From NCBI RefSeq assembly GCF_006345805.1, contig NW_021832626.1:1-30234 (forward strand): a stretch of DNA of 30,234 bases, written 5' to 3'. Positions within the stretch are counted from its first letter, which is position 1; the number at the start of each line of letters is the position of its first letter. Below, piece by piece: positions 11,575 to 21,669 of the stretch. A program made the position numbers and the translations under genes. The stretch is from Octopus sinensis (Eukaryota). The notes under the pieces were generated by a model that saw nothing but the letters and a program-made list of their open reading frames with translations, did not search any database and was not told the origin of the DNA.

Positions 11575-11744
11575 TTGCTACGTAAAAGCGCGTAGCCTGG
11601 GAGCGGCTTGTAAACAACACTTCCATAACGATATCAAGTCTTTTGATGTAGATGTGTTATCTACATCAAAGGATATAATATCAATATGCAAATAAATTTT
11701 CTTTTTTCTAAGCCGCTTCCAAGTTACGCGGTTTTACGCAACAA
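11575..11744. repeat. Degenerate MITE-like palindrome
   Basis: 11575-11614 matches the reverse complement of 11705-11744 at 32/40 nt. A nearly concentric perfect 12-bp hairpin TTTGATGTAGAT/ATCTACATCAAA lies at 11642-11670. Confidence 0.6.
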
Positions 11745-12442
11745 ATTTCTTTAAGCAACAATTTTCGGGATACAAGTAATCTTGATTGTTCTCGTGAACT
11801 ACCAAATACTGAAGAGACGATAGAAAATATTGGAGATAGCACTACGTAGTATTTTAAAAACCTAACAATCTATTCCCCTAGAGATATCACCAGTAAAACG
11901 ATATCCTGTTAAATAATAAATCTACGTTCGTTTGATAAATATCGTGGAAAACGCCTTAAGGGATTTAACAAGTATCTGAGACAAGTATCAAACTGTCTTA
12001 AAGGGTTGGCGTAAGATGGTATTTTACATGCATTTGTGTACAAACAGAGCCTAGAAATGCACACAGCAACAACAAACACACATACATGGAAATACACACA
12101 CATACGCACAAGTGATAAAGGAGCAATCAGTTGAAAGATTTGTAGTAGAATGGATTATTTCCACTATGTTTTAGATGGTGGTGTGGCGCGAAAATCAACC
12201 ACGGATAGTAAATGGTTGAAAAGAATATTGTTTTGCTGGTGTGAATATCTGAAAATTATGATATGAAATTCTAAGGTCCTGTGGATGTCTGCTGCAAGAG
12301 TGATTCCATTCAAATACTTCAGGTAAAATAATTTTTGGACTTAGTATTTGCAAAGCATAGGGGCTTTTTCGATGCTGGTTGTAAATTGTCTTTTATTCTT
12401 AATGTTATTGCAAAAAGCTTGGTATTATGTCATTCGCTGCAT

Positions 12443-13028
12443 GGCGGCGAGATGGCAGAAACGTTAGCACGCCGGATAAAATGCTTAGCGGTGTTTCGTC
12501 TGCCGTTACGTTCTGAGTTCAAATTCCGCCGAGTTCGACTTTGCCTTTCATCCTTTCGAGGTCGATAAATTAAGTACCAGTTACGCAATGGGGTCGATGT
12601 AATCGACTTAATCCGTTTGTCTGTCCTTGTTTGTCCTCTCTGTGTTTAGCCCCTTGTGAGTAGTAAAGAAATTGGTATTTCGTCTGCCGCTACGTTCTGA
12701 GTTCAAATTCCGCCGAGGTCGACTTTGCCTTTTATCCTTTCGGGATCGATTAAAATAAGTACCAGTTACGCACTGGGGTCGATGTACTCGACTTAATCCA
12801 TCTGTTTGTCCTTGCTTGTCTCCTCTGTGTTTAGCCCCTTGTGGGTAGTAAAGAAATAGATATTTCGTCTGTCTTTACGTTCTCAGTTCCAATTCCGCCG
12901 AGGTCGACTTTGCCTTTCATCCTTTCGGGGTCGATAAATTAAGCACCAGTTGCGTACTCGTGTCATTCTAATCGACTGGCCCCTCTACACCAAAATTCCG
13001 CGCTTTGTGCCTAGAGTAGAAAAGATAA
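12443..13028 (+). mobile_element. SINE family C: tRNA-like head plus three ~185-bp internal units plus tail
   Basis: Head GGCGGCGAGATGGCAGAAACGTTAGC. Units restart at 12490, 12674 and 12859, each with GAGTTCAAATTCC (B-box-like; CAGTTCCAATTCC in unit 3) and GTCGACTTTGCCTTTCATCCTTTCG.GGTCGATAAA. The third unit ends ..TTGTGCCTAGAGTAGAAAAGATAA. Confidence 0.9.
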
Positions 13029-13899
13029 CGTCATTTGCCTATCATATTAGTCGGGATATCTAATGACAAAATCGATGTTAACCTTACTTGCGTGGTGAGA
13101 ATGAGTGTGACGTCGAAGACGAATAATGACCGCTGAGTAAGTGAAGTTTGTTTATATTGATAGGGTGTGTGTGATTTAAAAATTCTGTGTATTAGCCCAG
13201 TTTACGTCACATCACATTGAATCAACAGGTAACATTCTACATTTGATGGTAGGTGTTAAACAGGAATTTAATAAGCGATCAACAAATATTTACGGATTCA
13301 GGTGTAGTTAAAAGACAATTAGTTATCTTCTAGAATTTTGAAATTTTTCCTGCGACTGTAACTTTAATAAGAATGAATTGTTAAAAGAGGCGACTCAAAT
13401 ATTTTGTAAATACTCGATGCCATGATGTATTGAACTGTATATTTGCCTTAAGAAATACAATCTCTCGCGATCGTATTTAATATTTCCCATTAACGACCTT
13501 ATTAAGTGCTCCGAGCGCTGCTCATATGAACCGGGCACTTCTTTTGAAAGCCCTGAAATCTGAGAATTTTCAAATAGCTGAATTGTTCATATGTCGAAGA
13601 CATCTTATCGGCCCCCGTCGAATATATATCATCGTTATAATGGAAAACTTGACTCGAAAATGGATGTTTGAGTAACCATGATATTGTATTACGCCTCTAT
13701 TTAGTGACAGTAAAAAACTACACCCGGTTGCAAATTATAATTAATTCATTTAAAGCGTAGAAATTTCGGATTTGAAAATTCTTATGGATTAAAGATTATA
13801 GCTGTTTGAAAAAGTGATGATAGGAGATACGCGTTTCCTTTTGCATTAAGAAAAAGGGAAAAACCTTTCCAATTTTAAAGAGGCTCGGAATATTAAACA

Positions 13900-14295
13900 C
13901 TAGCAGTATCGCCCGGCGTTGATCGGGTTTGTAAGGGAAATAACTATATAAGCATTTTTAGAGAGTTATAGCAAAAGAATAGGAAAAAAATGCATTAAAA
14001 ATGGGAAAAAAATGGTGGTAATTTTTTTTTTAATCGTTGACTCATCGTAGATATTTTTAGAGAGTTACTTCCCTTATATAATAGCGAAAAAATGCATTAA
14101 AATGGAAAAAAATCATGGTAATTTTTTTTAAAATTGTAGACTCATCGTAGACGCGCACTAATACCCAGAAGGGCTCGATATGAATCAGGACTATAAGATA
14201 CCCGGTTTTGGTTAAACTGCACCGCAAAATGTGGGAGTAGTTAGGAATCTAAATCGTAGGAGACAGACACACAACCTCACTTTTATATATAAAGA
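13900..14295 (-). mobile_element. Non-autonomous Helitron
   Basis: On the minus strand: A|TC start (14295), GC-rich hairpin CCCGATCAACGCCGGG before CTAG|T (13900). Homologous to 25109-25508. Confidence 0.85.
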
Positions 14296-14329
14296 TATCT
14301 CGTTTAATATTAGCAAGAGATCGGGCTAC

Positions 14330-14620
14330 AAGGTAGCAGAATCGGTAGCGCGCCCGGCAAAATGCTTACAGGCATTTCCTGCGTCTTTACGATTTGAGTT
14401 CAAATTTCGACGAGGCTGACTTTTCGTTTCATCTATTCGAGGTCGATAGAATGAGTTCCAAATGAATACTGGGGTCGATGTAATCGACTTCACACCTTCC
14501 CTGAAATTCCATGGCCTTGTGCCAAAATATGAAACGAATATGGCGGCGAGCTGACAGATATGCACGCTGGTCGAACAAAATGCTTAGCATTATTTCTTCC
14601 GAGTCTTTACGTTCTGGGTT
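14330..14620 (+). mobile_element. Older, diverged SINE family C copy followed by a second head fragment
   Basis: GAGTTCAAATTTCGACGAGGCTGACTTTTCG..GAGGTCGATAG..GGGGTCGATGTAATCGACT, then GGCGGCGAGCTGACAG..GGTTCGAATGCCGC. Confidence 0.7.
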
Positions 14621-14975
14621 CGAATGCCGCAAAAAAACTTCTTTGCTTTTGACTGTTTCGGAGGCAATACAATTGATTACGCTTCTCAAATTCTAAGTCT
14701 CTTTTCGCAAAGTCAGGTATGTTCAATGGCGTCTTTTATCAGCTTCAGTCATTGGAAACCGTGCTGGGGTATCGCCTTGGAAAACTCTTCGTCGAATCAA
14801 TCGACTGCAGTTCTTGTACTTTTATAAGCCTGGAACTTGCTGTATTAATCTCATTGATTCGGTCTTTTATTGACGAACTGTTACGTTATAGGCACGTAAA
14901 AAAAAACAACATAGGTTGCATAGGTTGCCAAGCGACGATGAATGACAAACACATACATACATACATGTGTGACTA

Positions 14976-15310
14976 GGGTAAAGACCCCCTTCGGTCATGA
15001 ATGACCATGGGATTGCACCTAGAAAGTTACCCTCCTAGACACAAGTCCGGGCAAGGTTGTTTATGGAAGACCAGCAGTCGCCCATGCATATCAGCCTCCC
15101 CTCTCCACGCCACCAGTGTTATCCAAGCGAAAGGCAAAGGTCGATACAGCTTGGCACCTGTGACATCGCAACTCATTTCTACAGCTGAGTGAACTGGAGC
15201 AACGTGAAATAAAGTGCCTTGCTCAAGAACACAACACACAGCCCGGTCCGGGATTCGAGCTCACAACCTCACGATCGTAAGCTCGACGCTCTAACCACTG
15301 AGCCATGCCT
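14976..15310 (-). mobile_element. tRNA-derived SINE family E (CORE-like central domain), nested insertion
   Basis: Head AGGCATGGCTCAGTGGTTAGAGCG..GCTCGAATCCC, then CTTGAGCAAGGCACTT..GCTCCAGTTCACTCAGCTGTAGAAATG. TGACTA at 14970-14975 and 15310-15315 is a possible TSD. Confidence 0.8.
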
Positions 15311-15337
15311 GACTATATATATACATATATACACACA

Positions 15338-15394
15338 TATATACATACACACATACGCACGCACACCTACACACCACCCCATATATACACACGC

Positions 15395-15425
<31 letters not shown>

Positions 15426-15483
15426 GATATATATATATATGGGGTGGTGTGTAGGTGTGCGTGCGTATGTGTGTATGTATATA
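15338..15483. repeat. Perfect 50-bp inverted repeat with 46-bp spacer
   Basis: 15338-15387 is the exact reverse complement of 15434-15483, including the non-periodic GCACGCACACCTACACACCACCCC. Confidence 0.92.
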
Positions 15484-15787
15484 CGACGGGCTACACCACT
15501 CACTAAGCTTTGGTCGTCCTGAGGCTATACAAGAAAACACTTGCTCGTGGTGGCACGCACTGCGACCGAACACGGAGTCATATGGTAGGGAACCAACCTC
15601 CTTACCACACAGCCACGCCTACGTTCGTGTGTTTTGAAATATTTGATAGCAAGGTAATTACAGGAGAGATATAGTCTCTATATTATTGTTAACAAGAGAT
15701 GTGCGTTCGTAGAAATCTGAATGATAGTATTAACAAAAGAAAGGTGTTATAATTATAATATCTATGTTAACGCTTACCTGACCTCTT

Positions 15788-15970
15788 ACTCTCTTTTATT
15801 CTTTTACTTGTTTCAGTCATTTGACTGCGGCCATGCTGGAGCACCGCCTTTAGTCGAGCAAATCGACCCCGGGATTTATTCTTTTGTAAGGTCAGTACTT
15901 ATTCTATCGGTCTCTTTTGTCAAACCGATAGGTAACGGGGACGTAAACACACAAACATACACGCACACAA

Positions 15971-16010
<40 letters not shown>

Positions 16011-16172
16011 GACAGGCCTCTTTCAGTTTCCCTCTACCAAATCCACTCACAGGGCATTGGTTGCCCGGGGCTATAGAAGAAGACACTTGCCCAAGATGCC
16101 ACGCAGTGGGACTGAACCCGGAACCATATAGTTGGTAAACAAGCTACTTACAACACAGCCACTCCTGCGCCT
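15788..16172 (-). mobile_element. tRNA-derived SINE family A
   Basis: Homologous to 8121-8532. The head abuts (TA)n at 16173. Confidence 0.9.
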
Positions 16173-16178
16173 ATATAT

Positions 16179-16262
<84 letters not shown>
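16173..16262. repeat. (TA)n tract flanking the left PLE 3' end
   Basis: Directly visible. Confidence 0.95.
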
Positions 16263-16263
<1 letters not shown>

Positions 16264-18604
16264 AGAAAATAGTAAAGTGTGAAAAAACGACAGAAGGCTT
16301 AAATGTTAAAAAATATATATATTTGTGTCAAAATGTCTGGAGAATATTGGAAAAATTTTTTTCCTTTCCTTAAAATGACATAATTTTAAAATTTTTAAAG
16401 AAATTACCGGTTTCGCGTGTAGCTTTTCAAATTTCTTGTGACGTTATGTTTATATTGCATGGAATTATCGTTGTTTTTATTTCCAGGAGATTTCTAAATA
16501 AGGGGAGGTAGTGAGTGATTTTTTCCGGTGTAGGGGAGATAATCGCTTAAAATTTTTTTTTCCCTCTTCCTTGTTAATTTCTCTGTGTCAGTATGTTCGG
16601 ATGGTTGAGTCTGGGTTTGTACTTTTCAATGAAGAATGTTTCCTTGTTCAGTCTCATTTGTGTTGATGATCCGAAAGCACATTGGTAAAATGGGAAGATT
16701 AAAAATTGTGGCAGTAGTTGCTTTGCGCATTTCTCAATGTGCTCACTAAAAGGTATCATTCTATATTCTGGGAATGCAATCTGTTGTCGATGCAGTGTGC
16801 ATCTGCGCCTGAGTGATAGTCCCGTGGAACCCACGTAGTCTTGGTGGCAGCCCGAGCATTTAATAACATAAATTATGTTTTCAGAGGCACAAGTAAAGTT
16901 AGATTTGATCTTAAATTTCTGTCCCTCTTTAAAGAAGAATTCTGATCCTTCCAATAGGTTAGGACATGTTGCACAGTTCGATCTACCACATTTTTTTACT
17001 TTTGCATCCGTAATTTTAGAAGACAATTTTGCCTTTGTGAGAATCTTTTTAAGTGATTTAGGCTGTTTGTAGCTTTTAATGATTTGGTGTATGTTTAGAA
17101 TTTCCTTTAATTTTGGGTTTTTATGAAGTATTAGTAAATTCTGGGTGATGATGGTGAAGGCTTCTTTGTTTCTGGGGTTGTATGTAGATATGTAAGGTAG
17201 TATTTTCGGGGAAGGTGTGTTGTTGTGTTGAACTTTTCTTAAAGTTTCTATGTTGATTTCTGTTGCACGTCTGATCCCATCCTCTATGAGTTGAGCTGGG
17301 TAATGTCTGTCAATTAGGGTGTTTTTGAGTTCTTGCAGTCTAAAGTTCCTGGTATTTTGTTCTGACACTATTGTGCATATCCTTCTTGCAAGGTTGAAGG
17401 GGATGTTTGTTTTAGTGTGTCTTGGGTGGCATGAATTAAAAAGAAGGTATTGTTTGGCGTCTGTGGCTTTGTAAAAAATGTCTGTTTCTATTTTAAGGTT
17501 AATTTTTTTAATTAGTATATCCAAGAACGGGAGCTTCTTTTGGTTGTATTCCATTGTGAACTGTATATTTGGGTTTATGCTGTTCAATAGGTTTTTAAAT
17601 TTTAGGAGTTTATCTATGTTTTTATTCCAGAGAATGAAACAATCGTCTAGGAATCGTTTCCAATTCTCTTTTATGTATTGAGAGAGGGAGTTTCCAAAGA
17701 TTGATAGAGATTCCTGGTAAATGATTATTTCCATGTATCCCATTGTTAAGTTCGCAATGACTGGTGCTGCCCTTGTACCCATAGCAATTCCGGTTTTTGA
17801 CGGTAAAATGTATTGTCAAACATGAAGTGGTTATTGTGTAGGATGAATTCAATTGATTTAGTAATGAATTCCTTACTGATCCTTTTTGGTATTTCTTCCG
17901 GAAATTGGTCTAACCAGAATTGTATTGCCTCCAGTCCATAATTATGAGGTATACTGGTATACAAGTTGACTACATCAAATGAAACCAGGATTGTTTCTTC
18001 CTTGGTTTTTTTTGGAAGGTGGTTTAACATATCTAAGTCATCTCTGATATGGCTATCGATATGTTTAAGGAAGGGTTTCATGAGGATGTCCATAAGTAGA
18101 CTTAGTCTGTGTGTTTCACAGGTTGGGCCAGCTACAATGGGTCGTAGTTTTAGGTCCCCCGGATTAGGTGTGTGTATGTATGTCTTTGGTGATTTTTTAA
18201 TGGTTTCATTTATAATTTGACTTTTATGAATTTTTGGCAGACCATAGAAAAGGCTAGGTTTGCATTTAAAGTTTGTTAGGAAATCAATCTCTTTGGTTGT
18301 CAGTTCCTTTTCATGGGTTTTAATTAGTGAAGATAGAGTTTTCATTATTTTTTGTGGGGTGTAGTTGGTAATTTTTTCATAATGTAGGTCTTCATCAAGC
18401 AAGGAAATTACAAGATTTCTGTAGTATGATGTATCCATTATTACAACTGCATTTCCCTTGTCCGCTTCCTTAATGGTTATATCTTCATCATTTTGGAGTT
18501 CTATCAGTTCTTTCCATTGTGTATTGTTAAAATTTGGGTTAGCTTTCTGTTTATGTATAGTATGGTAGGGGAAGTTCTCAATGTGGTTACAGAATTCGTC
18601 AAGA
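16257..18604 (-). mobile_element. Penelope-like element, left (inverted) arm; 5'-truncated, RT ORF frameshifted
   Basis: Reverse complement of 19286-21634. ORFs 17746-18438 and 16574-17782 are the two halves of the 621-aa ORF, split by loss of one base near 17793 (T at 20097 in the right arm). Confidence 0.96.
16398..16437 (-). ncRNA. Minimal type-I hammerhead ribozyme (U3-A8 core variant, palindromic stem III) in the PLE 3' UTR
   Basis: Sense sequence AAGAAAU-UUGAAAA-GC(UACAC)GC-GAAA-CCGG-UA-AUUUCUU: 7-bp stem I, 2-bp stem II, GAAA, ACCGGU palindrome, GUA cleavage triplet. Confidence 0.75.
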
Positions 18605-18995
18605 GGACGCGTCTATGAAAGAAATTACACCAAAAACAGAACAAACCAACAACATCCTAATACCAGACCCAACCACCATACAGCACAATACGACACTAGG
18701 ATAAGAAATACACCACACACAAATCACTACTACCCCATGAACCAAAACTACTGGTCCCCACTAAACACAAGACAAACGCAAAGAAACACTATGTCAAGCA
18801 ACATCCCACATACAAGAAGTTCGAAACAAAAATATTCCCCATACAGAAATTTTACACACACCACAAGCATTAACAACCATAGATTCCCACACACACACAA
18901 CGATCGGAGCCAACAATACCACCACTCCCCCGACCAAATACCACACAACCTCACAGACAACTCATACAAACAAAATTACACCCAACATTTTTTAG

Positions 18996-21317
18996 CCAGG
19001 GACCAGGGACACCAGACACAGGCTGGAACCTAGTAATAAGGAAAAACCGAAGATAATCAATCTTTCAACCAAACCTCTTTCTAACATAAAAATTGACATC
19101 CTCGCAAAAGGGCTCAAATTTACACCAACTCCACGCAGAGCAAACCTAAATGAACTCAAGGATAATATAACAGAATTTTGCAGAAAATTAAGACTAGCAG
19201 AAGCATCAAACAGTTTCAATACTGAAGATGAATCACTTGTCAAGAACAAAAGTGAACACATCCCACACAGAGGAAGAAATAAAGATCTTGACGAATTCTG
19301 TAACCACATTGAGAACTTCCCCTACCATACTATACATAAACAGAAAGCTAACCCAAATTTTAACAATACACAATGGAAAGAACTGATAGAACTCCAAAAT
19401 GATGAAGATATAACCATTAAGGAAGCGGACAAGGGAAATGCAGTTGTAATAATGGATACATCATACTACAGAAATCTTGTAATTTCCTTGCTTGATGAAG
19501 ACCTACATTATGAAAAAATTACCAACTACACCCCACAAAAAATAATGAAAACTCTATCTTCACTAATTAAAACCCATGAAAAGGAACTGACAACCAAAGA
19601 GATTGATTTCCTAACAAACTTTAAATGCAAACCTAGCCTTTTCTATGGTCTGCCAAAAATTCATAAAAGTCAAATTATAAATGAAACCATTAAAAAATCA
19701 CCAAAGACATACATACACACACCTAATCCGGGGGACCTAAAACTACGACCCATTGTAGCTGGCCCAACCTGTGAAACACACAGACTAAGTCTACTTATGG
19801 ACATCCTCTTGAAACCCTTCCTTAAACATATCGATAGCCATATCAGAGATGACTTAGATATGTTAAACCACCTTCCAAAAAAAACCAAGGAAGAAACAAT
19901 CCTGGTTTCATTTGATGTAGTCAACTTGTATACCAGTATACCTCATAATTATGGACTGGAGGCAATACAATTCTGGTTAGACCAATTTCCGGAAGAAATA
20001 CCAAAAAGGATCAGTAAGGAATTCATTACTAAATCAATTGAATTCATCCTACACAATAACCACTTCATGTTTGACAATACATTTTACCGTCAAAAATCCG
20101 GAATTGCTATGGGTACAAGGGCAGCACCAGTCATTGCGAACTTAACAATGGGATACATGGAAATAATCATTTACCAGGAATCTCTATCAATCTTTGGAAA
20201 CTCCCTCTCTCAATACATAAAAGAGAATTGGAAACGATTCCTAGACGATTGTTTCATTCTCTGGAATGAAAACATAGATAAACTCCTAAAATTTAAAAAC
20301 CTATTGAACAGCATAAACCCAAATATACAGTTCACAATGGAATACAACCAAAAGGAGCTCCCGTTCTTGGATATACTAATTAAAAAAAATAACCTTAAAA
20401 TAAAAACAGACATTTTTTACAAAGCCACAGACGCCAAACAATACCTTCTTTTTAATTCATGCCACCCAAGACACACTAAAACAAACATCCCCTTCAACCT
20501 TGCAAGAAGGATATGCACAATAGTGTCAGAACAAAATACCAGGAACTTTAGACTGCAAGAACTCAAAAACACCCTAATTGACAGACATTACCCAGCTCAA
20601 CTCATAGAGGATGGGATCAGACGTGCAACAGAAATCAACATAGAAACTTTAAGAAAAGTTCAACACAACAACACACCTTCCCCGAAAATACTACCTTACA
20701 TATCTACATACAACCCCAGAAACAAAGAAGCCTTCACCATCATCACCCAGAATTTACCAATACTTCATAAAAACCCAAAATTAAAGGAAATTCTAAACAT
20801 ACACCAAATCATTAAAAGCTACAAACAGCCTAAATCACTTAAAAAGATTCTCACAAAGGCAAAATTGTCTTCTAAAATTACGGATGCAAAAGTAAAAAAA
20901 TGTGGTAGATCGAACTGTGCAACATGTCCTAACCTATTGGAAGGATCAGAATTCTTCTTTAAAGAGGGACAGAAATTTAAGATCAAATCTAACTTTACTT
21001 GTGCCTCTGAAAACATAATTTATGTTATTAAATGCTCGGGCTGCCACCAAGACTACGTGGGTTCCACGGGACTATCACTCAGGCGCAGATGCACACTGCA
21101 TCGACAACAGATTGCATTCCCAGAATATAGAATGATACCTTTTAGTGAGCACATTGAGAAATGCGCAAAGCAACTACTGCCACAATTTTTAATCTTCCCA
21201 TTTTACCAATGTGCTTTCGGATCATCAACACAAATGAGACTGAACAAGGAAACATTCTTCATTGAAAAGTACAAACCCAGACTCAACCATCCGAACATAC
21301 TGACACAGAGAAATTAA
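18996..21317 (+). CDS. PLE polyprotein: RT plus Cys linker plus GIY-YIG endonuclease (frame open 18996-21317; first ATG 19452, 621 aa)
   Basis: IINLS..LAKGLKFTPTP; IKEADKGNAVVIMD; FYGLPKIHK; LRPIVAG; motif A LVSFDVVNLYTSIP; motif B GIAMGTRAAPVIANL; motif C RFLDDCF; LPFLDILI; CGRSNCATC linker; NIIYVIKCSGC..YVGST..LH..EH..E..FI..YKPRLN. Confidence 0.95.
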   Translation, partial: PGTRDTRHRLEPSNKEKPKIINLSTKPLSNIKIDILAKGLKFTPTPRRANLNELKDNITEFCRKLRLAEASNSFNTEDESLVKNKSEHIPHRGRNKDLDEFCNHIENFPYHTIHKQKANPNFNNTQWKELIELQNDEDITIKEADKGNAVVIMDTSYYRNLVISLLDEDLHYEKITNYTPQKIMKTLSSLIKTHEKELTTKEIDFLTNFKCKPSLFYGLPKIHKSQIINETIKKSPKTYIHTPNPGDLKLRPIVAGPTCETHRLSLLMDILLKPFLKHIDSHIRDDLDMLNHLPKKTKEETILVSFDVVNLYTSIPHNYGLEAIQFWLDQFPEEIPKRISKEFITKSIEFILHNNHFMFDNTFYRQKSGIAMGTRAAPVIANLTMGYMEIIIYQESLSIFGNSLSQYIKENWKRFLDDCFILWNENIDKLLKFKNLLNSINPNIQFTMEYNQKELPFLDILIKKNNLKIKTDIFYKATDAKQYLLFNSCHPRHTKTNIPFNLARRICTIVSEQNTRNFRLQELKNTLIDRHYPAQLIEDGIRRATEINIETLRKVQHNNTPSPKILPYISTYNPRNKEAFTIITQNLPILHKNPKLKEILNIHQIIKSYKQPKSLKKILTKAKLSSKITDAKVKKCGRSNCATCPNLLEGSEFFFKEGQKFKIKSNFTCASENIIYVIKCSGCHQDYVGSTGLSLRRRCTLHRQQIAFPEYRMIPFSEHIEKCAKQLLPQFLIFPFYQCAFGSSTQMRLNKETFFIEKYKPRLNHPNILTQRN

Positions 21318-21453
21318 CAAGGAAGAGGGAAAAAAAAATTTTAAGCGATTATCTCCGCTACACCGGAAAAAATCACTCACTACCTCCCCTTATTTAGAAA
21401 TCTCCTGGAAATAAAAACAACGATAATTCCATGCAATATAAACATAACGTTAC

Positions 21454-21492
21454 AAGAAATTTGAAAAGCTACACGCGAAACGGTAATTTCTT
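21454..21492 (+). ncRNA. Hammerhead ribozyme copy in the right arm, with a 1-nt deletion in stem III (ACGGU)
   Basis: AAGAAAT-TTGAAAA-GCTACACGC-GAAA-CGG-TA-ATTTCTT. One C is missing relative to the left arm. Confidence 0.65.
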
Positions 21493-21667
21493 TAAAAATT
21501 TTAAAATTATGTCATTTTAAGGAAAGGAAAAAAAATTTTTCCAATATTCTCCAGACATTTTGACACAAATATATATATTTTTTAACATTTAAGCCTTCTG
21601 TCGTTTTTTCACACTTTACTATTTTCTTATATATTCACCCACGGGCTTTACCAAACAAACTTTCTTA

Positions 21668-21669
<2 letters not shown>

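Larger units (their letters stand above)
14727..15619 (-). mobile_element. Old diverged SINE family A copy interrupted by a family E SINE
   Basis: The 3' part (14727-14970) and the head part (15483-15619) align collinearly but loosely to the family A copies. The insertion sits in the internal microsatellite. Confidence 0.65.
18605..21634 (+). mobile_element. Penelope-like element (Neptune-like), right arm plus 681-bp spacer; 5'-truncated. The 3' end may extend to ~21670.
   Basis: Carries the RT-EN ORF, a ~320-bp 3' UTR with a hammerhead, and a TA-repeat 3' flank. Confidence 0.96.

Noticed and set aside
12490-13028. Regularly spaced repeats as a CRISPR-like array
   Set aside because: The units are contiguous ~185-bp SINE segments with no unique spacers, in a eukaryotic context.
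18605-18614. GGACGCGTCT at the PLE inversion junction also occurs in the Tx1 fragment near 23920
   Set aside because: The match is only 10 bp and it reads in frame with the PLE upstream ORF, so chance is likely.
16875-21016. Short antisense ORFs appearing twice (MFSEAQVK.., MTTSNETR.., MSVSILRL/MSVFILRL..)
   Set aside because: They are shadows of the PLE ORF, duplicated only because of the palindrome.
16257-21634. Palindrome as a sequencing or assembly fold-back artefact
   Set aside because: Judged unlikely because the mirror ends at the element terminus, the flanks are not mirrored, and the arms differ by substitutions. It is not formally excluded without reads.
16257-21634. Arm differences as a fossil A-to-I editing signature
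   Set aside because: Only 8 substitutions were seen (5 transitions, in mixed directions), which is compatible with ordinary mutation.
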